Of a stretch of 64,000 nucleotides of DNA, positions 1 through 12,638 are shown one piece after another. The notes below the pieces were generated by a model that searched no databases, had not been told where the DNA came from, and saw only the letters and a program-made list of their open reading frames with translations. Each line of letters starts with the position of its first letter. Position 1 is the stretch's first letter. This stretch comes from Octopus sinensis (Eukaryota), in NCBI RefSeq assembly GCF_006345805.1, contig NC_043017.1:29574001-29638000 (forward strand), written 5' to 3'. Made by a program: the position numbers and the translations under genes.

Positions 1-239
1 CATAGTTGTGTTATATATAGTTATTCTGTAAATAGTTGTAATATAGTCAATTCATGACTTGCTATCTTTGAGAAATCAACATGATATATATGAGCTGTGT
101 CACTCAATGTTATGTTTGAAAGTGGATGACATATTTGACCTTACCACATCTTATAGAATATGTTGATATGATTTTTCGCTTTTGATGCTTTGGAATTCAG
201 AGTCGACTGAGCAATATCTTGATTTATCTTCCTCTCTAT

Positions 240-780
240 TTCTCACTTAAGATCTCTCTATCTGCATTTCCATCTATCAGTCTATCTTTCTGCCTAGCTT
301 TATCTTTGTTTCTCTCTTAAGATCTATCTATCTATCTATCTATCTATCAGTCTATCTATCTATCTATCTTTCTGTCTATCTTTGCCTTTGCTTCTCTCTT
401 AAGATCTATCTATCTATCTATCTTTCTGTCTATCTTTGTCTTTGCTTCTCTCTTAAGATCTATCTATCTGTTTATCTATCTCTCTATCTATATCTTTGTT
501 TTTGCTTCTCACAAGATCTATCTATCAGTCTATCTTTCTGTTAATCTTTTTATTAGCTTCTCTCTTAAGATCTATCCATCTATCTACCTATCTGTCTCGC
601 TTATAACTCTCTCTACCTATGAATGTATACATGTATCTATCTATCTAACTACTAATCTATCTATTTATCTATCTCCTTAAGGTCGATCTATCAATCTATC
701 TCCTTAAGATCGATCTATCTATCTATCTATCTCCTAATCTATTTGTCTATCTATCTCTCTAACATCTATCATTTTCTCTA
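240..780. repeat. Compound (TCTA)n minisatellite with a recurring TTAAGATCTATC anchor about every 55-80 bp
   Basis: Anchor seen about 6 times, separated by TCTA/TCTT runs. Confidence 0.85.
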
Positions 781-1689
781 TGTACGTATATCGATCGATC
801 TACTCACAAACACATGGAACTCTCATATTTTCCACTTCTTTCAGGTTTTCTCTTTCATTTTATAAATTAAAAATGGGGCGTTTATGCTTACGCATTCCAA
901 GCGAAACTTAATGTGTTCAGTCAAGTATACCGTAATTGTTGATGGTAATGACGGCTTGATTTCACAACGATAATTATAAGAGATAGTTTTTTTTTCTCTA
1001 CATTCTGTAATATCATGTGTTTTAATCAGCTACTTTATTTTTTTCCTATCTGATATTATATTAGCTTCAGAATATCCGGCTGACGTCAGCATGTTAATCG
1101 ATATTAAAATGTTAATCCGGTCAAACCATTTGAAATAAAGTATTGTTTAACCATCTTGAAAATGAATCCAGGAGAGAAATTAACCAAACATTTTCTCTTT
1201 GGGAAATAATTCCATTTTTTTTTCTTTTTTCAAGATTTTCATTAAGATTTAGATACCTTTAATTGTTTTTTCTCAGTCATTAATACACATGTACGTATAT
1301 ACATTAATATATACAAACATACATCCATCCGCCTATCTTTCCAAAGATTCGCCCATCCACCCAGCTTCACACTACGCGCACACGCACAATCACCTGTATA
1401 TAACCGTTGGTTTTAAAGTAAGCGGGGAAGAAGCAATCAATACCAAATGAGAGTCAAAAATTTTCACATCATCCAGTCGCCAGTTACTTTAGTTTCCTTG
1501 AATCATCCCATCATTTTTTCTTAGGACACAGTTACCTGGATCCAGTTCCTAATGTTCGTGGGAGTCAATTGCTCATTGAATATATTCTAGAAGCATCACC
1601 AAATATCAAGCATGCAAGCATCCATATATGCATCCATCCAACCATCTACCCTTCCATCTGGTGATTTGACAATCGTTTGTGTGTCGGAC

Positions 1690-1835
1690 AAAATGTATAG
1701 CGGCTTTTCGTTCGACTTTACGTTCCAAGTTAAACTGCTGCCGAGGTTGACTTGGCTTTCATCATTTAGAGGTCAATAAAATAAGTACCAGTTATATACT
1801 GGGCTTGTTGTAAGCGACTTCACATCACGAATTTT
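1690..1835 (+). mobile_element. Degenerate tRNA-derived SINE, family A
   Basis: GTTCCAAGTTAAACT..GCCGAGGTTGACTTGGCTTTCATC..GGTCAATAAAATAAGTACCAG matches the family-A core seen in the better copies. Confidence 0.75.
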
Positions 1836-1869
1836 CCGACCTTGTGCCTTGTGACATATGTAATCCTTC

Positions 1870-2080
1870 TCCTACAGACACAAGGCCTGAGACATTTATG
1901 ATGCGTGGATCTATTCTACGACATCAACTACAGTTCTCAGCTGGTATTCATGTTATCGACCCCAAGATGATAAAAAGGAAAGTCCATCAGGGCGGCATTT
2001 AAACCCCGAATTTAAAGATGGTATAAATGGTTCCGAACATTTCGTCCGGTGCGTAAACGATTCTGCATGCTCGTCGCCTT
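1870..2080 (-). mobile_element. Degenerate SINE family A
   Basis: Reverse-complement core (CTGGTATTCATGTTATCGACCCC..) and head (AACGATTCTGCATGCTCGTCGCC). Confidence 0.7.
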
Positions 2081-2207
2081 ATATTTACACAAAATAATAA
2101 GATTTAAACAATGTATCCACACCTTCTACATCAAAGTTTTAAAATAAAACGTATTCTCCGTTATTACTGCTTATTAAGGAAGGCTCTACTTTAAATAAAT
2201 TTACGTC

Positions 2208-2609
2208 TACTCTTTTTTTTACTCTTTTACTTGTTTCAGTCATTTGACTGCGGCCATGCTGGGGCACCGCCTTTAATCGAGCAACTCGACCACGGGACTT
2301 ATTCTTTAGTAAGCCCAGTACTTATTCTATTGGTCATTTTTGTAACGGGGACATAAATACACCAGCATCGGTTGTCAAGAAATGCTAGGGGGACAAACAC
2401 AGACACACAAACACACACACGCATATATATATATATACACATATACGACGGGCTTCTTTCAGTTTTCGTCTACCAAATCCACTCATAAGGCTTTGGTCGG
2501 CCCGAGGCTATAGTAGAAGACACTTGCCCAAAGTGCCACGCAGCGGGACTGAACCCGGAACCATGTGGCTGGCAAACAAGCTACTTACCACACAGCCATT
2601 CCTGCGCCT
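2208..2609 (-). mobile_element. Full-length tRNA-derived SINE, family B (about 400 bp, internal TA/CA microsatellite, (GAGTAAAA)n tail)
   Basis: Minus strand begins AGGCGCAGGAATGGCTGTGTGG (A-box-like) ..GGGTTCAGTCCC (B-box-like); near-identical copies recur across the window. Confidence 0.9.
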
Positions 2610-3254
2610 ATCTAATTTTCTTATGGCATATGTAATCCTTCTTCTACAGACTCAAGGCCTGAAGCATTTATTATGCGGGGATGTAATCTACGACATCAAC
2701 CACAGTTCACAGCTGGTATTCATCTTATCGACCCCAAGATGATAAAAAGGAAAATCCATCATTAGCAATAATGTTAGATGGTAACATATATACGGTTCGA
2801 GAAGGAATATCAAATAGTTTCATATAGTGCAATAAAATAATACCACGAGATTTGTTTGAGCATGTAACATTTTTAACATAAAGGTACTATGAGACGTAGA
2901 GCTAAATACGACACTTTAAAAGTTGGGGAGCAAATGTTATTTAGTAAATAGTTGACCAAGTTTATGACCGAGACAGGTTTTGTAACGTTATGTTCAATGA
3001 CATTTAACATTTAGCGTGGCCAGGATGCAAAATAGCTTGTTTTTAAGATACGAATAGCTTTAATTTCCGAGAGGTGATTGAATAAATATTACAATTTTAT
3101 CATGAACTGTCACACGAAATGTCAAAATATCATGAGTGTAGCTTCTTGTTATGATTAAAAATACAATATGTAGACATGTAAATATACGCGGTTATTTACG
3201 GGAGAAAGGCAAAAAAAAGATACACAAAGACACTGTAAAAAACACATACACATC

Positions 3255-3296
3255 CATATATATATGTATGTCTGTATGTACATATATGTCTGTATG

Positions 3297-3338
<42 letters not shown>

Positions 3339-3361
3339 ATATATATGTATGTGTGTCTATG

Positions 3362-3392
<31 letters not shown>

Positions 3393-3490
3393 CTGCATGT
3401 ATATATATATGTATGTATGTCTGTATGTATATATATATATATGTGTATATATAAGTATATTTGTATATATATGTATATATATATGTGTGT

Positions 3491-3534
<44 letters not shown>

Positions 3535-3545
3535 TACATACACAC
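3255..3545. repeat. (TA)n/(TG)n compound microsatellite
   Basis: Directly visible; source of the YI/CV/HT ORF artefacts. Confidence 0.95.
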
Positions 3546-3765
3546 AGGCATTTATACATGCATAGCACATCAATGTGGCTAGACGAGCTTACCATTGTAC
3601 ACACAAGAGGTAAAAAGATGTTATGAATCAACAACACAATGCAAAAACATTGCACAGCAGCAGCATGTGATCAGATATTTTCTTTATATATTTATATTTA
3701 TATATATATGATCGCTCCCATATGGAAGTACAGAACAGTCACTCTATCTCCCCTCTCTCTCTCTG

Positions 3766-3823
<58 letters not shown>

Positions 3824-3934
3824 AACACGCATATATCTATACGTAAACACGCACACACATATGTATGTATGTATTATATGTCTATAAGTGTGTATGTTTA
3901 TTTCTGTATGCAAAGTTAATTGTTAACATTTCAG

Positions 3935-3988
3935 ACGAACCAGGATAAGAGTGTCGAACGGAAGCTGTAGTCATCGCAAGTGTATAAG
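3935..3988 (+). CDS. Candidate 54-nt internal exon, unknown gene
   Basis: TTTCAG acceptor, AG|GTAAAA donor, length divisible by 3, one open frame (RTRIRVSNGSCSHRKCI); no homology recognised. Confidence 0.2.
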
Positions 3989-4239
3989 GTAAAAAAAAAA
4001 TGAATTAAATGTATGTTTACAGAGGGTTCCATTCTTGCGACCATGACATACAGGCTAGTGCGAAACTGGTTGAGCAATAAAGCAATTCAGATTATACATA
4101 GCATATGTGTAAGTGTGTGTGTGTGTTAGGTGTGTAGATTTGGTTTTAGTCATCATGCATTGTTTTGTCTGTCTGTCTCTCTTTCACTCACTCTATCAAT
4201 CTATCTATCTACAAACAAGCGCTTTTTTTTCCTCTTAAT

Positions 4240-4334
4240 TCTTTCAGTCGAAGTGCGTAGACTTGAGACGTTAGAGACTATACCATTCTTCCCAAACGTT
4301 AAACTAATACACCTCGTTGGTTTTTGTAAATTTG

Positions 4335-4340
<6 letters not shown>
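4240..4340 (+). mobile_element. Short TA-anchored element with a decayed hammerhead-like motif
   Basis: TCTTT-CAGTCGA-A-GTGC-GTAG-ACTT-GAGAC-GTT-AGAGA; 3' end runs into (TA)n. Confidence 0.4.
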
Positions 4341-4380
<40 letters not shown>

Positions 4381-5087
4381 TATATATATTGGTAAAAACG
4401 GTAAGATAACAAAAGAAAGAAAGAGACCTCAATATTACGTAAATAGAGGAAATTTATCTGTAAAATAATGTGACTAGGCTGGACGAAACATCGAAGTCAC
4501 TATTAGCAACTTCTCTCTCAGAGACAAATTGATAATTACTTTAATGAGAGCCTAATGGTTTTTTTATATACTTAACTGGCTATGCTATATACTCATAATC
4601 CTCACTTCGCTTTATTTTTTGTGGCATCGATGAAAAGTTTCGCAAAGCAGTGAGAGTATCTACGTCATCTCTTGTTCAACTACAAAAACTAGGCGCGCCA
4701 TATCTACGAAGAAACACAGCAATTGAAGTGTCTTTGAGCAGAGATCTGATCAAGTTGAGATATATTATCATTAAATACGGATTTCCACGTTTAGGGCATC
4801 TTTCTCTGAAAAATCTTGTTAATAGTGAAGATGGCATTCTCTTGGTAGTCTTTTTATATTCGAGTGTATGAAACAAAACAGATATCATTTTAACAATGCC
4901 GTGCCAATTTACATTGCTGGTTTTTGTCACATTTGCCAGTGTATGCAATTTAACTGAGCCAAGCTGTTACATAAACAAACAAGACATTAACTTAATCGCC
5001 AGACTTCAGTTGTAAGTATGTTTTTGAAATAAAATATAGTATTCAATTAATCAATTTAGTATACTTATCAAAGAAGGACACACACAC

Positions 5088-5118
<31 letters not shown>

Positions 5119-5120
<2 letters not shown>

Positions 5121-5213
5121 AGAGTAAACACATTTTAACAAAACTGTCCGACGAACGGGAACGTGAAATTCCGAGTAACAGGTTTTGTTGAATTTCTGCT
5201 GCTTTTAAATAAA
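5119..5213 (+). mobile_element. Short element between TA tracts with a hammerhead-like motif
   Basis: CTGT-CCGACGA-..GGAA-CGTGAAA-TTCC-GA-GTA-ACAG, then AATAAA and (TA)n. Confidence 0.45.
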
Positions 5214-5240
5214 GTATATATATATATATATATATATAGT

Positions 5241-5460
5241 TAATGGTTCCAAATTTCGGCACAAGGCCAACTGATTCGGAGAATGGGCCTAAGTCGATGT
5301 AATCGACACCAGTGTTCAACTGGTACTTATTTGATCGATCTCGAAAGGATGAAAGGCAAAGTCGATCTCGGCGATATATGAAGTCAGAACGTAGAGATAG
5401 ATAAATGAATCCCCGTTAAGCACATTGCCCGGCGCGCTAACGATTCTGCCAGTTCGCCGA
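5241..5460 (-). mobile_element. SINE family A (tail type GGCCTTGTGCC..AAACC(ATT)n)
   Basis: Reverse-complement head, core and tail all present. Confidence 0.85.
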
Positions 5461-5874
5461 CTTAAGTATTGCACATAATAGCAATCAAAGCTTTTGAATG
5501 GTGCTTATGAACAAATGGATACTAATGATTTTGGAAAACGTTTGAGGACATGGTAGGACGCTTGAGCACTACTCCACGAAATACATATTTTTAGTAACAG
5601 TTTTTTTGTTCTCGCTTTCTTTTCTAATAGCTGTTTCGGATAGTGTTGTTTTTCTGTTCGTTAGTGTTCATGTTCTCAATGTTGAATAGCGAAATTTATC
5701 TATTTATTTGTTTGTTTGTTCATTCATTCACTCATTTGTACGTTTGTTACGATAATTTTCTTTGTGGTAATTCAAAGGCGTTATCTTGTTGTTGGTTACC
5801 GAAGTTGAATTAGTCGGCTGGAAAGATATATGAGCGCACATTCAAATTCCCACATGCATACGCACGCACCCAAC

Positions 5875-5927
<53 letters not shown>

Positions 5928-6482
5928 CCAAGAATGTGTCTCTTTATGTATTCATATGTGTGTGTATACGTACGTAAATAGTGGCACGTATAAGGAACAT
6001 ACGCTCACTCTGCCAGAGTGGTGCGTACATATTCAAACACAGAGACATAGAAACAAATACACGTATAACTCATAAATGGGCGCAAAAGAAATAGGTTGCC
6101 AAGAGTCAAGTACATACATAAATATATACATACATATATACACGCATATATATGTGTGTGTATGCGTGTGTGTACATACGTATAAATGTACATGCGTGCA
6201 TGTGTATGTTTGTTGTGTGTGTGTGTGTGTGTGTGTATTTGAGTATGTTCTATTCACGCTTTCTGTTTTAATCTCCAAGTAACACAAAAGAAAATATTAC
6301 AAAAACAAATCAGAAATGGAAACATGAAAAGTAACCCGTAACAATAAGCGAAACGCAGAGATCACATGACGTAAACTTTCGATATATACCTACGTATACA
6401 CACGCGCATGCGCACACATACAAATACGCGCACACACATGTATATGCATACACACATATAAAAAGAGATGCTTGTGTGTGTG

Positions 6483-6514
<32 letters not shown>

Positions 6515-7526
6515 TATATATATATATTTATATATATATATACTTACAAACTCACCCGCACAAAGACATAGATATATACATATCTGTATGTGTGTGTGTG
6601 TGTAGTGTGTGTGTGTGTGTAGAAGAATTAAGAATAGATGTTTTCGAAATAAATCAATACGTTTCACTGTAGAATTGCTGAGGTGAAAATGTTATTGAGT
6701 GACCGAATGATTAAAACAGAAAGTTGAATGTATTTCTATGCGATGAATTTTATTGTAGCTTCCTATTCTAAAATGGAAGTGAAATGAAAAAAAAACAAAA
6801 CAATACAATAAAAAAAATAAAAATAAATAAAGAACGAATGAAGTCGGCAAGAAAAGAGCAAAAATGTATAAGCATCACAGAGTGCATTAGAAAGAGAAAA
6901 AAAAAACGAAGGGAAAATTCTAATAATTATCATTGTCTATATGTCATGCGAGAAACAGCTGTATACATACATACTACTCTGTATCAAACCTAGGCTAAAA
7001 AATAAAGTGGCAATTGGAGATAGCGGCCAGAGATGGAGAGAAAGAGAGAGTGAAAGAAAGAGAGAAAGAAAGAGCAAGAAAGGTTGGAGAGTCAGAGGGT
7101 GAGAGATGGAGGAAGAGAGTGAAGAAAGAAAAGGGAAATGTGATGTCTAAGAAACGTAGTAGAATCTCTGAGCTCTGATTCTCCCGAAATACAGAAGTGT
7201 AGATCGCAAATTACTGAAATTTGAAGTTAATCTTTCTGGAATTATGGCATTATGAAGACATTCGGAAATATTTAAATTGGAATAATACCTTATATTTCAG
7301 AATACACACACACACACACAAACATATATATGTATATATGTATGTATGTATGCTTGCTTAGTTGTAAGTATTGGTTTGGTATTTCGGTGAAAGTAATTTT
7401 ACTTTAGGGCGAAACCTAATTTCAACTTGAGAATACGTGATGGAAAGCTAAATTATTGCGGTTTCTATTTATGTTTTGCTACAGAGATTGTATTCCTTTT
7501 GCTTCCCCAACCATACTCGACAAGCC

Positions 7527-7640
7527 ACAACAGCAATAACAATAATAATAACAATAATAATAACAATAATAATAACGATAATAATAACGATAATAATAAT
7601 GATAATAATAATGATAATAATAATAATAGATGTAATAATC
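7527..7640. repeat. (AAT)n/(GATAATAAT)n microsatellite
   Basis: Directly visible. Confidence 0.95.
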
Positions 7641-7709
7641 GTTGAGGATAAAGGAAGGGAGTGATTATTCGTAATATGGTAATGTGTTCAATATTGAATT
7701 TAGGAATTT

Positions 7710-8074
7710 TTAACCCTTTAATCCTGTAAAGCGAGATCAAATATGACTTTTGATAAATACATTATTCGACTGTTGCCGCATTGCCGAGATCATTTGATGT
7801 ATGTGTGTGGCAAAACACGAGTCATTCTATATTCGTATTAAACCGTCTATGTATTGAAATTGAGCAATTGTTTGACTAGTTCATGGGTTTTCTGGACTAT
7901 TAAACTCATCTTATGTTCTTCTATCTACATTAGGTTTTAGCTAATATATTCTCCGAGCTTTCTCTGCATATATGCATAACATTTGCCTGGTTATCAAATA
8001 AAATCGCTTCGTTCTAATGCAACTTTCAACACATATCCATTTAGCATAAACCCCATAGGACGTTTAAGTGTCAA
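7710..8074. mobile_element. Possible old TTAA-type (piggyBac-like) MITE
   Basis: Left end TTAACCCTTTAATCCTGT loosely matches the reverse complement of the right end ATAGGACGTTTAAGTGTCAA. Confidence 0.3.
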
Positions 8075-8835
8075 ACGAGGAGCTGTATAACGATTTTTCA
8101 GTAATAGGAGCTATTCGCTATATTTACTGACAGTATTCACAGAGCTCTTAGTGTTGCGGTTTTCGATTTTCCTTATTTTCTAATCTGGTTATTCGCCTAT
8201 AATGGAAACTACACCTCATAGTCTCATGAAAATTCTATTTACGTGCCATATGTGTTCGGCTTTTTATGACGTACTTTCTCCTTCGATAAGATATTTCAGA
8301 CATTCTATTATGATATTCACGGATCTAGTTTACATTAGTGAGCGAGTGTGTATGTATGTATGTACGTGCATCAGCGAAAGCGCGCGTGTGTGTGTATACA
8401 AAAGTGGGAACGAAAGAGGAGTGGAGAGAAAGAGAGAAACGCGAAGATTGAGTCCGTATGCGGGATAGAGAGAAAGAATGTGTGAAATTGTGTGTGTGTT
8501 TGTGAGGTTAAAGAGATGCTAAAACAAAGAAAAGTAGAAAAAAACGTCGAAACAATGGATCAACATTACACTGCTAAGCAATAACAGCAGACACTGCCGA
8601 TATATCTTACAAGATTAAGAAAGAAATCCACCCAAGAGATAGACAATTTCAAGAATTTTATACGCCGAAAATCCATGCATTGACAGAATTGTTTTTTGCA
8701 GAAGGAAATTATAGAATTAAAACGTTTCCATTATGATCATCATTATTATCATCATCTTTATCATTCTCATGTTCTTGTTGTTGCTATCCCCCTCCACCTC
8801 ATCATCATGAACATCATTATCGTCACCATCAAGAC

Positions 8836-9215
8836 GGGTAAGCTTGCAGAATCGTTCGCACATCAGGCAGAATGCTGAGCGATATTTCATGCGTTTTGAG
8901 TTCAAATTCCACTGTGGTCGACTTTTACTTTTCATCATTTTGGGGTCGATAAAATAAGTACCAATCGAGTACTGGGTTCGATATTATCAAATTACCCTCT
9001 CTCCCGGAATTACTGACTTTCTACCAAAATTTTAAATTATCATTCTTCTTCTTCTTCTTCTTCTTCTTATTATTATTATGTTGGTGATCTGATAGAATCT
9101 ACAGCACATCGGAAAAAATACTTAGCGGCATTTCGCTCATCTTCAGGTTCCAAGTTCAAATTCAGCCGAGGTCGATTCGGCCTTTCATCCTCTCGGGGTC
9201 GCTAAAATAAGTACC
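8836..9215 (+). mobile_element. Two degenerate family-A SINE copies separated by (CTT)n/(ATT)n
   Basis: GAGTTCAAATTCC B-box-like motif and GGGGTCGATAAAATAAGTACC core each occur twice. Confidence 0.8.
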
Positions 9216-9344
9216 TGATGAGATCATAAATTGCAGAAATTGTGCAGAAATTTGAAAATATTATCATTATTCTAGATTTTGTTTCGTACAGGCTTTTGTA
9301 AATCGTATGTGATGCTTCAATTCTGCAGTCATTATGAGTACTGT

Positions 9345-9655
9345 GAAGGCGCGTGGCTAACTTTAGGGTATTCGGCTCAAGATCGTAAAATCGTGGGTTC
9401 GATACATACCGGTGTGTTATGTCGTTGAGCAAGACACTTTATTGCATGATGCTGCAGTCTACTCAGCTGGCAGAAATGAGAGCAATCTTTATTCCAAAGG
9501 ATCAACTATTTCATATCTTGTATCATGCTGAGTCTCTCTGAGAACTACGTTTAGGGTGCGCTTGTCTGTGGCGGGCTCAACCACTTTCAGGTTAATTTCA
9601 CGAGCAGCCTGTTCCGTTGATCGGGTCCTCTGAAACCTTTGTCTTCGTAACCGAC
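9345..9655 (+). mobile_element. tRNA-derived CORE-like SINE
   Basis: GAAGGCGCGTGGC head, GGGTTCGAT B-box, TTGAGCAAGACACTT..CTCAGCTGGCAGAAATGAG CORE-like segment; 3' part shared with the SINE at 41454. Confidence 0.7.
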
Positions 9656-9912
9656 CTGTATTCGTTTTATGTCCGTCGTATTAGTTCAGTTTCAAGTTCC
9701 CTGTACTTTCTTCTTTTCTACTTTCTGAGTTTCAATTTTCGCTAATTATATCCTGTGTTCAAATGTGCAGACATGGCGCAAATGAATAGGACTGCGTCTT
9801 TGTCATTTAGCGCCATATTAACCTTTACATCCTATCGTTTTCTTAAATGGATAAGATATACGGATATTCTTATCCGTTTTCACTTCGAAATGTTGTTTTA
9901 TTTTCTCTCTCT

Positions 9913-10170
9913 CTATCCGCTCAGTCGAAGTCGACTCTCGGTCACTCGATGGATCAGTGTCCTCCAGTCAGTTCTATCCTGGGCCGCTTACTTCAGATTG
10001 GCCATGTCCATTCCGGTATCACTCCTCATGGTGTCAATCCAGCGGGTTCTTGGTCGGCCTCTTCTTGTCTTGCCACTGCCCATTCCGAGCATGATATCCT
10101 TCTCCAGGGATTCTCTCCGCATAATATGACCGAAATATGCCAATCTACGCTTGGTTATCCCAGCTTCTAG
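9913..10170 (-). mobile_element. 3' fragment of an RTE-clade (BovB-like) LINE ORF, one internal stop
   Basis: Translation LEAGITKRRLAYFGHIMRRESLEKDIMLGMGSGKTRRGRPRTRWIDTMRSDTGMDMANLK*AAQDRTDWRTLIHRVTESRLRLSG*, the typical RTE/BovB C-terminus, followed by a (GA)n tail. Confidence 0.9.
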
Positions 10171-11274
10171 TTTTATTTTCTACCACACATTAATTCTATG
10201 TATATTGTGAGTGGGAATATGCTCACATTCGAAAGAATTGAGGAAGCAGTAATTGTAAATGTGGTGAAGCATATCATTGCATAGACCGGATAGTCAGTGC
10301 TACATAAAATCGTTTATTTTCGAGTTTATTATTTAAAAATATTATTTTGTTTAGTATTGGTATTTTTCACCTAAACATTGACCTTCTGCTTCTTAGCTGA
10401 GAGCGTAGAGCTAATGTTAACGTTCGCTTGAATGTGTTTCCTTTCTGCCGAGGCTTACGTGACATTACCAACACACTTTTCTATATTTTATTCTTTAATA
10501 AACTTCTTTCATACCCGTTTGTTTTTTCTAATTTATTTAAAAAAAAAAAAACATTTCCAAGATTTTTCCTTTTAAAGCAAAAAGTGTTAGTTTCAAGATT
10601 CTCTCTCTGTCTCTCTTATTTTTTTTTTTCGAAACTAGCTTCTTGTCAGCAGAATTTTGTTTACTTCACTTGAAAGAAAAATGTCGTTTTCTTTTCTTAT
10701 TAAACTAATCAATTTCTCTCTGTTTGCGTCACGGTTTTTTTTTATCCCACCATCTTTAACCTCATATAATTTTCTCCCCGTGTCAAGCTATGCTGTAAAC
10801 ATAGCTTATCTACATGAGGTTTGGAGAGAAAGCTTCGGTATGTTAAATGTACTTTCCTTAAATTTTTTTATTACGCTAACTTCTAAAGTATTATTGTGTT
10901 TTTGTCACGACGCGTGTTTTGATTGTTAAGCTTTAAAAACATTAACCAAAGAACGGGGTCATAGACATAATCAAAATATTCCCAAGCTGTAATACATTTA
11001 TTTGTTACATTTACAACAATTTCAACCATGGAAAGAAGTCGGAAACCTAATCAATGTCTTTAAAATAATGAAATATATTCCAACGTTACGCTTCCAGTAA
11101 CCTTTTCTATTGAATAGAATCGTAAAAAAAATTTTTAAATGGACAGTCTCAGCATAAAGAAACATTATTATTTATGCATCAAAGTTGAAAAAAAAATTCC
11201 ATATCAAATGTGAAGCTTCTGTGTTACTCCTGCTATTATTGTTCGGAAAATTTTAACCTATTTTCTTACATGGA

Positions 11275-11480
11275 AATGGTAAGCTGGCAAATATGCTAAA
11301 ACATAGGACAAAAATGCGTTGCAGAATTTCTTCTGGTATACTACATTCTCAAGTCAATTCCCGCTGTGGTCGACCTTGCCATCTTTCGTTTCTAGGTCGT
11401 AGAGTACCAGCTGAACACTGAGATTGCCGAAATCGACAAATGCGTCCTCTGAAATTGCCGGCCTTGTGCCAAAGCTTAAA
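11275..11480 (+). mobile_element. Old SINE family A copy
   Basis: Head-like GGTAAGCTGGCAAA, GTGGTCGACCTTGCC, tail GGCCTTGTGCCAAAG. Confidence 0.7.
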
Positions 11481-12039
11481 ACCTCTATTAGGTAGGATTG
11501 TTTCAGGTTCACACTTTCCTCGATACTTTAGAGAAAGTTTAGGTCTTAATTCTTGCCTTGTTTGCAAAGAGTTAGACGTTGGTACGAAAGACGAGATTCT
11601 CATGAAGATTCTGAATGTCGACGCGGAGCAACTGAGTTCACATTCTGAAGCACTTTAGTATATACAATGAAGCAGGAAATCTAGTCCGGCAGTTTTCCGG
11701 AAAGTGGTACACACGGATTAGGTTAAACTATACAAATACTGTACTGATTTAAAACTGAACGGTCAAATATACTAATAAATACTGCGACTATGCTTGTAGC
11801 ACCCGGACATTGCCGCTCTGCGGTGTTGTTTCGAATTGTAGATATACTATGTGAAGCGTATTCTGCTGTCGGTTGCCCATATTTTTGGCAGCGGTGAGTT
11901 GGCGGCTTTATTGCATGAGCAAGCTCAACTTAAAGATTTCAAGAACCCAGTGGATAAGAAGCTGAGGGCAAAGTGAGAAATATTTGTATCGTTTGCTGAA
12001 AGAGATTTCTCGGAAAAGTAGTCTATCCCTTTCTCTCTT

Positions 12040-12069
12040 GATATATATATATATATGTATATATATTTG

Positions 12070-12106
<37 letters not shown>

Positions 12107-12597
12107 ATGTATATATATATATATTCATATGTATATCTATATATATATGTATTCATATGTATATATATATAGATATATGTATTCATATGTATATATATAT
12201 AGATATAGTATACATATGTATATATATATAGATATATGTATACATATGTATATATATATAGATATATGTATACATATGTATATATATACATATGTATATA
12301 TATATAGATATATGTATACATATGTATATATATATATATATGTATACATATGTATATATATATCATATATATATATATATATGTACATATGTATATATAT
12401 ATATATATATACTATGTATATATATATATATATATATATTATGTATATATATATCTGTATATATATATATATATATGTATATATTGTATAAATATATATG
12501 TATGTATATATATATATATATATACATATGTATATATTGTATACATATATATATATATTATTTATATATGTATATATATATATATAGTATACATATG

Positions 12598-12638
<41 letters not shown>

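Noticed and set aside
4650-4948. Overlapping 73- and 90-aa ORFs next to a candidate Penelope-like end
   Set aside because: No RT or GIY-YIG motif recognisable.
10788-10845. YAVNIAYLHEVWRESFG exon-like segment with an 8-bp hairpin
   Set aside because: Weak AAG acceptor and unrecognised peptide; not distinguishable from chance.
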